Position numbers and translations under genes: made by a program | Notes under the pieces: model-generated | Told to the model about the DNA's origin: nothing | The model's database searches: none | What the model saw: the letters and a program-made list of their open reading frames with translations, nothing else | NCBI GenBank assembly: GCA_002726845.1 | Contig: PBSP01000065.1 | Coordinates: 1-34,667, forward strand | DNA: 34,667 bases | Direction of reading: 5' to 3' | Origin: Methanobacteriota archaeon | GTDB taxonomy: Archaea > Thermoplasmatota > Poseidoniia > Poseidoniales > Poseidoniaceae | Part shown: positions 34,370 through 34,667 of the stretch, piece after piece | Position numbering within the stretch: position 1 is the stretch's first letter | Layout of the letters: each line of letters opens with the position of its first letter

Positions 34370-34667
34370 CTATATATACTCTGCGACGGAGGTCCCTTTC
34401 TGGCACATCAAGGCTCGCTTTTCAGCCTTTGCTCTTTCGTAACCGTGCCGGGTTGGACACAGCGATTGTACATTGCAGTGCATACAGGACTGATACGAAT
34501 CAGCCAGAGGTACTTTACTCAAGTCATTGTGTTTTCCAACCGAATAAAAAGCATTCATCATGTGCTTGATGTCCTGGTCTACGATGCCCATTGCTTGATG
34601 CTTTTGAGTTGGATTCGGTACGATCTTACGGCAGGACCAAGCCCTTTTGCTGAGATGAAAGAAGACA
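34370..34667 (-). CDS. C-terminal part of a probable PD-(D/E)XK (AddB/Cas4-like) nuclease, starts beyond the right edge
   Basis: The frame is open from the window edge (VFFHLSKRAWSCRKIVPNPTQKHQAMGIV...). It ends with SCMHCNVQSLCP, the CxxCx5C Fe-S-staple-type motif of this family. Confidence 0.6.
   Translation of the reverse strand, partial: VFFHLSKRAWSCRKIVPNPTQKHQAMGIVDQDIKHMMNAFYSVGKHNDLSKVPLADSYQSCMHCNVQSLCPTRHGYERAKAEKRALMCQKGTSVAEYI

Noticed and set aside
1..34667. Idea that the window is a circle joining the nuclease N-terminus (left edge) to the nuclease C-terminus (right edge)
   Set aside because: The junction leaves 2 nt between the frames (out of frame), the fused product would lack the catalytic core, and the content is chromosomal housekeeping. 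They are two separate genes.
34370..34667. Cas4/CRISPR locus
   Set aside because: No repeat-spacer array or other cas gene is visible. The Cys motif is shared by many non-Cas nucleases.

Overview
Gene-dense (almost fully coding, moderate GC) archaeal chromosomal segment. uL16/L10e, ABCE1, Hel308-Cgi121, a zinc-finger RPA pair, a geranylgeranyl reductase, an archaeal pilin and GGAGG/GAGGTG ribosome-binding sites indicate a euryarchaeon. The gene content (bacterial-type MutS/MutL, SAP-domain protein, acidic membrane proteins) best fits Marine Group II/Poseidoniales; this is inference. No rRNA, tRNA, CRISPR array, integrase or transposase was seen. About 31 CDS are supported, including two edge-truncated PD-(D/E)XK-like nuclease genes missed or truncated by the ORF track. 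Main points of interest: (1) a small protein resembling phage tail-tube/GpU/Mu DNA-circularisation N-terminal folds, placed at the head of a minimal Tad-like (TadB/TadC/ATPase) operon directly downstream of the RPA genes and converging on a triple-SAP-domain gene; (2) a BRC/RadA-like GFxxA motif inside a ~80 aa insertion in Hel308; (3) a PCNA PIP box on a bacterial-type MutS; (4) a HemC-fold protein lacking the catalytic residues; (5) an ABCE1 with a rearranged Fe-S cysteine pattern. All family assignments are from motif recognition by eye, not database searches.
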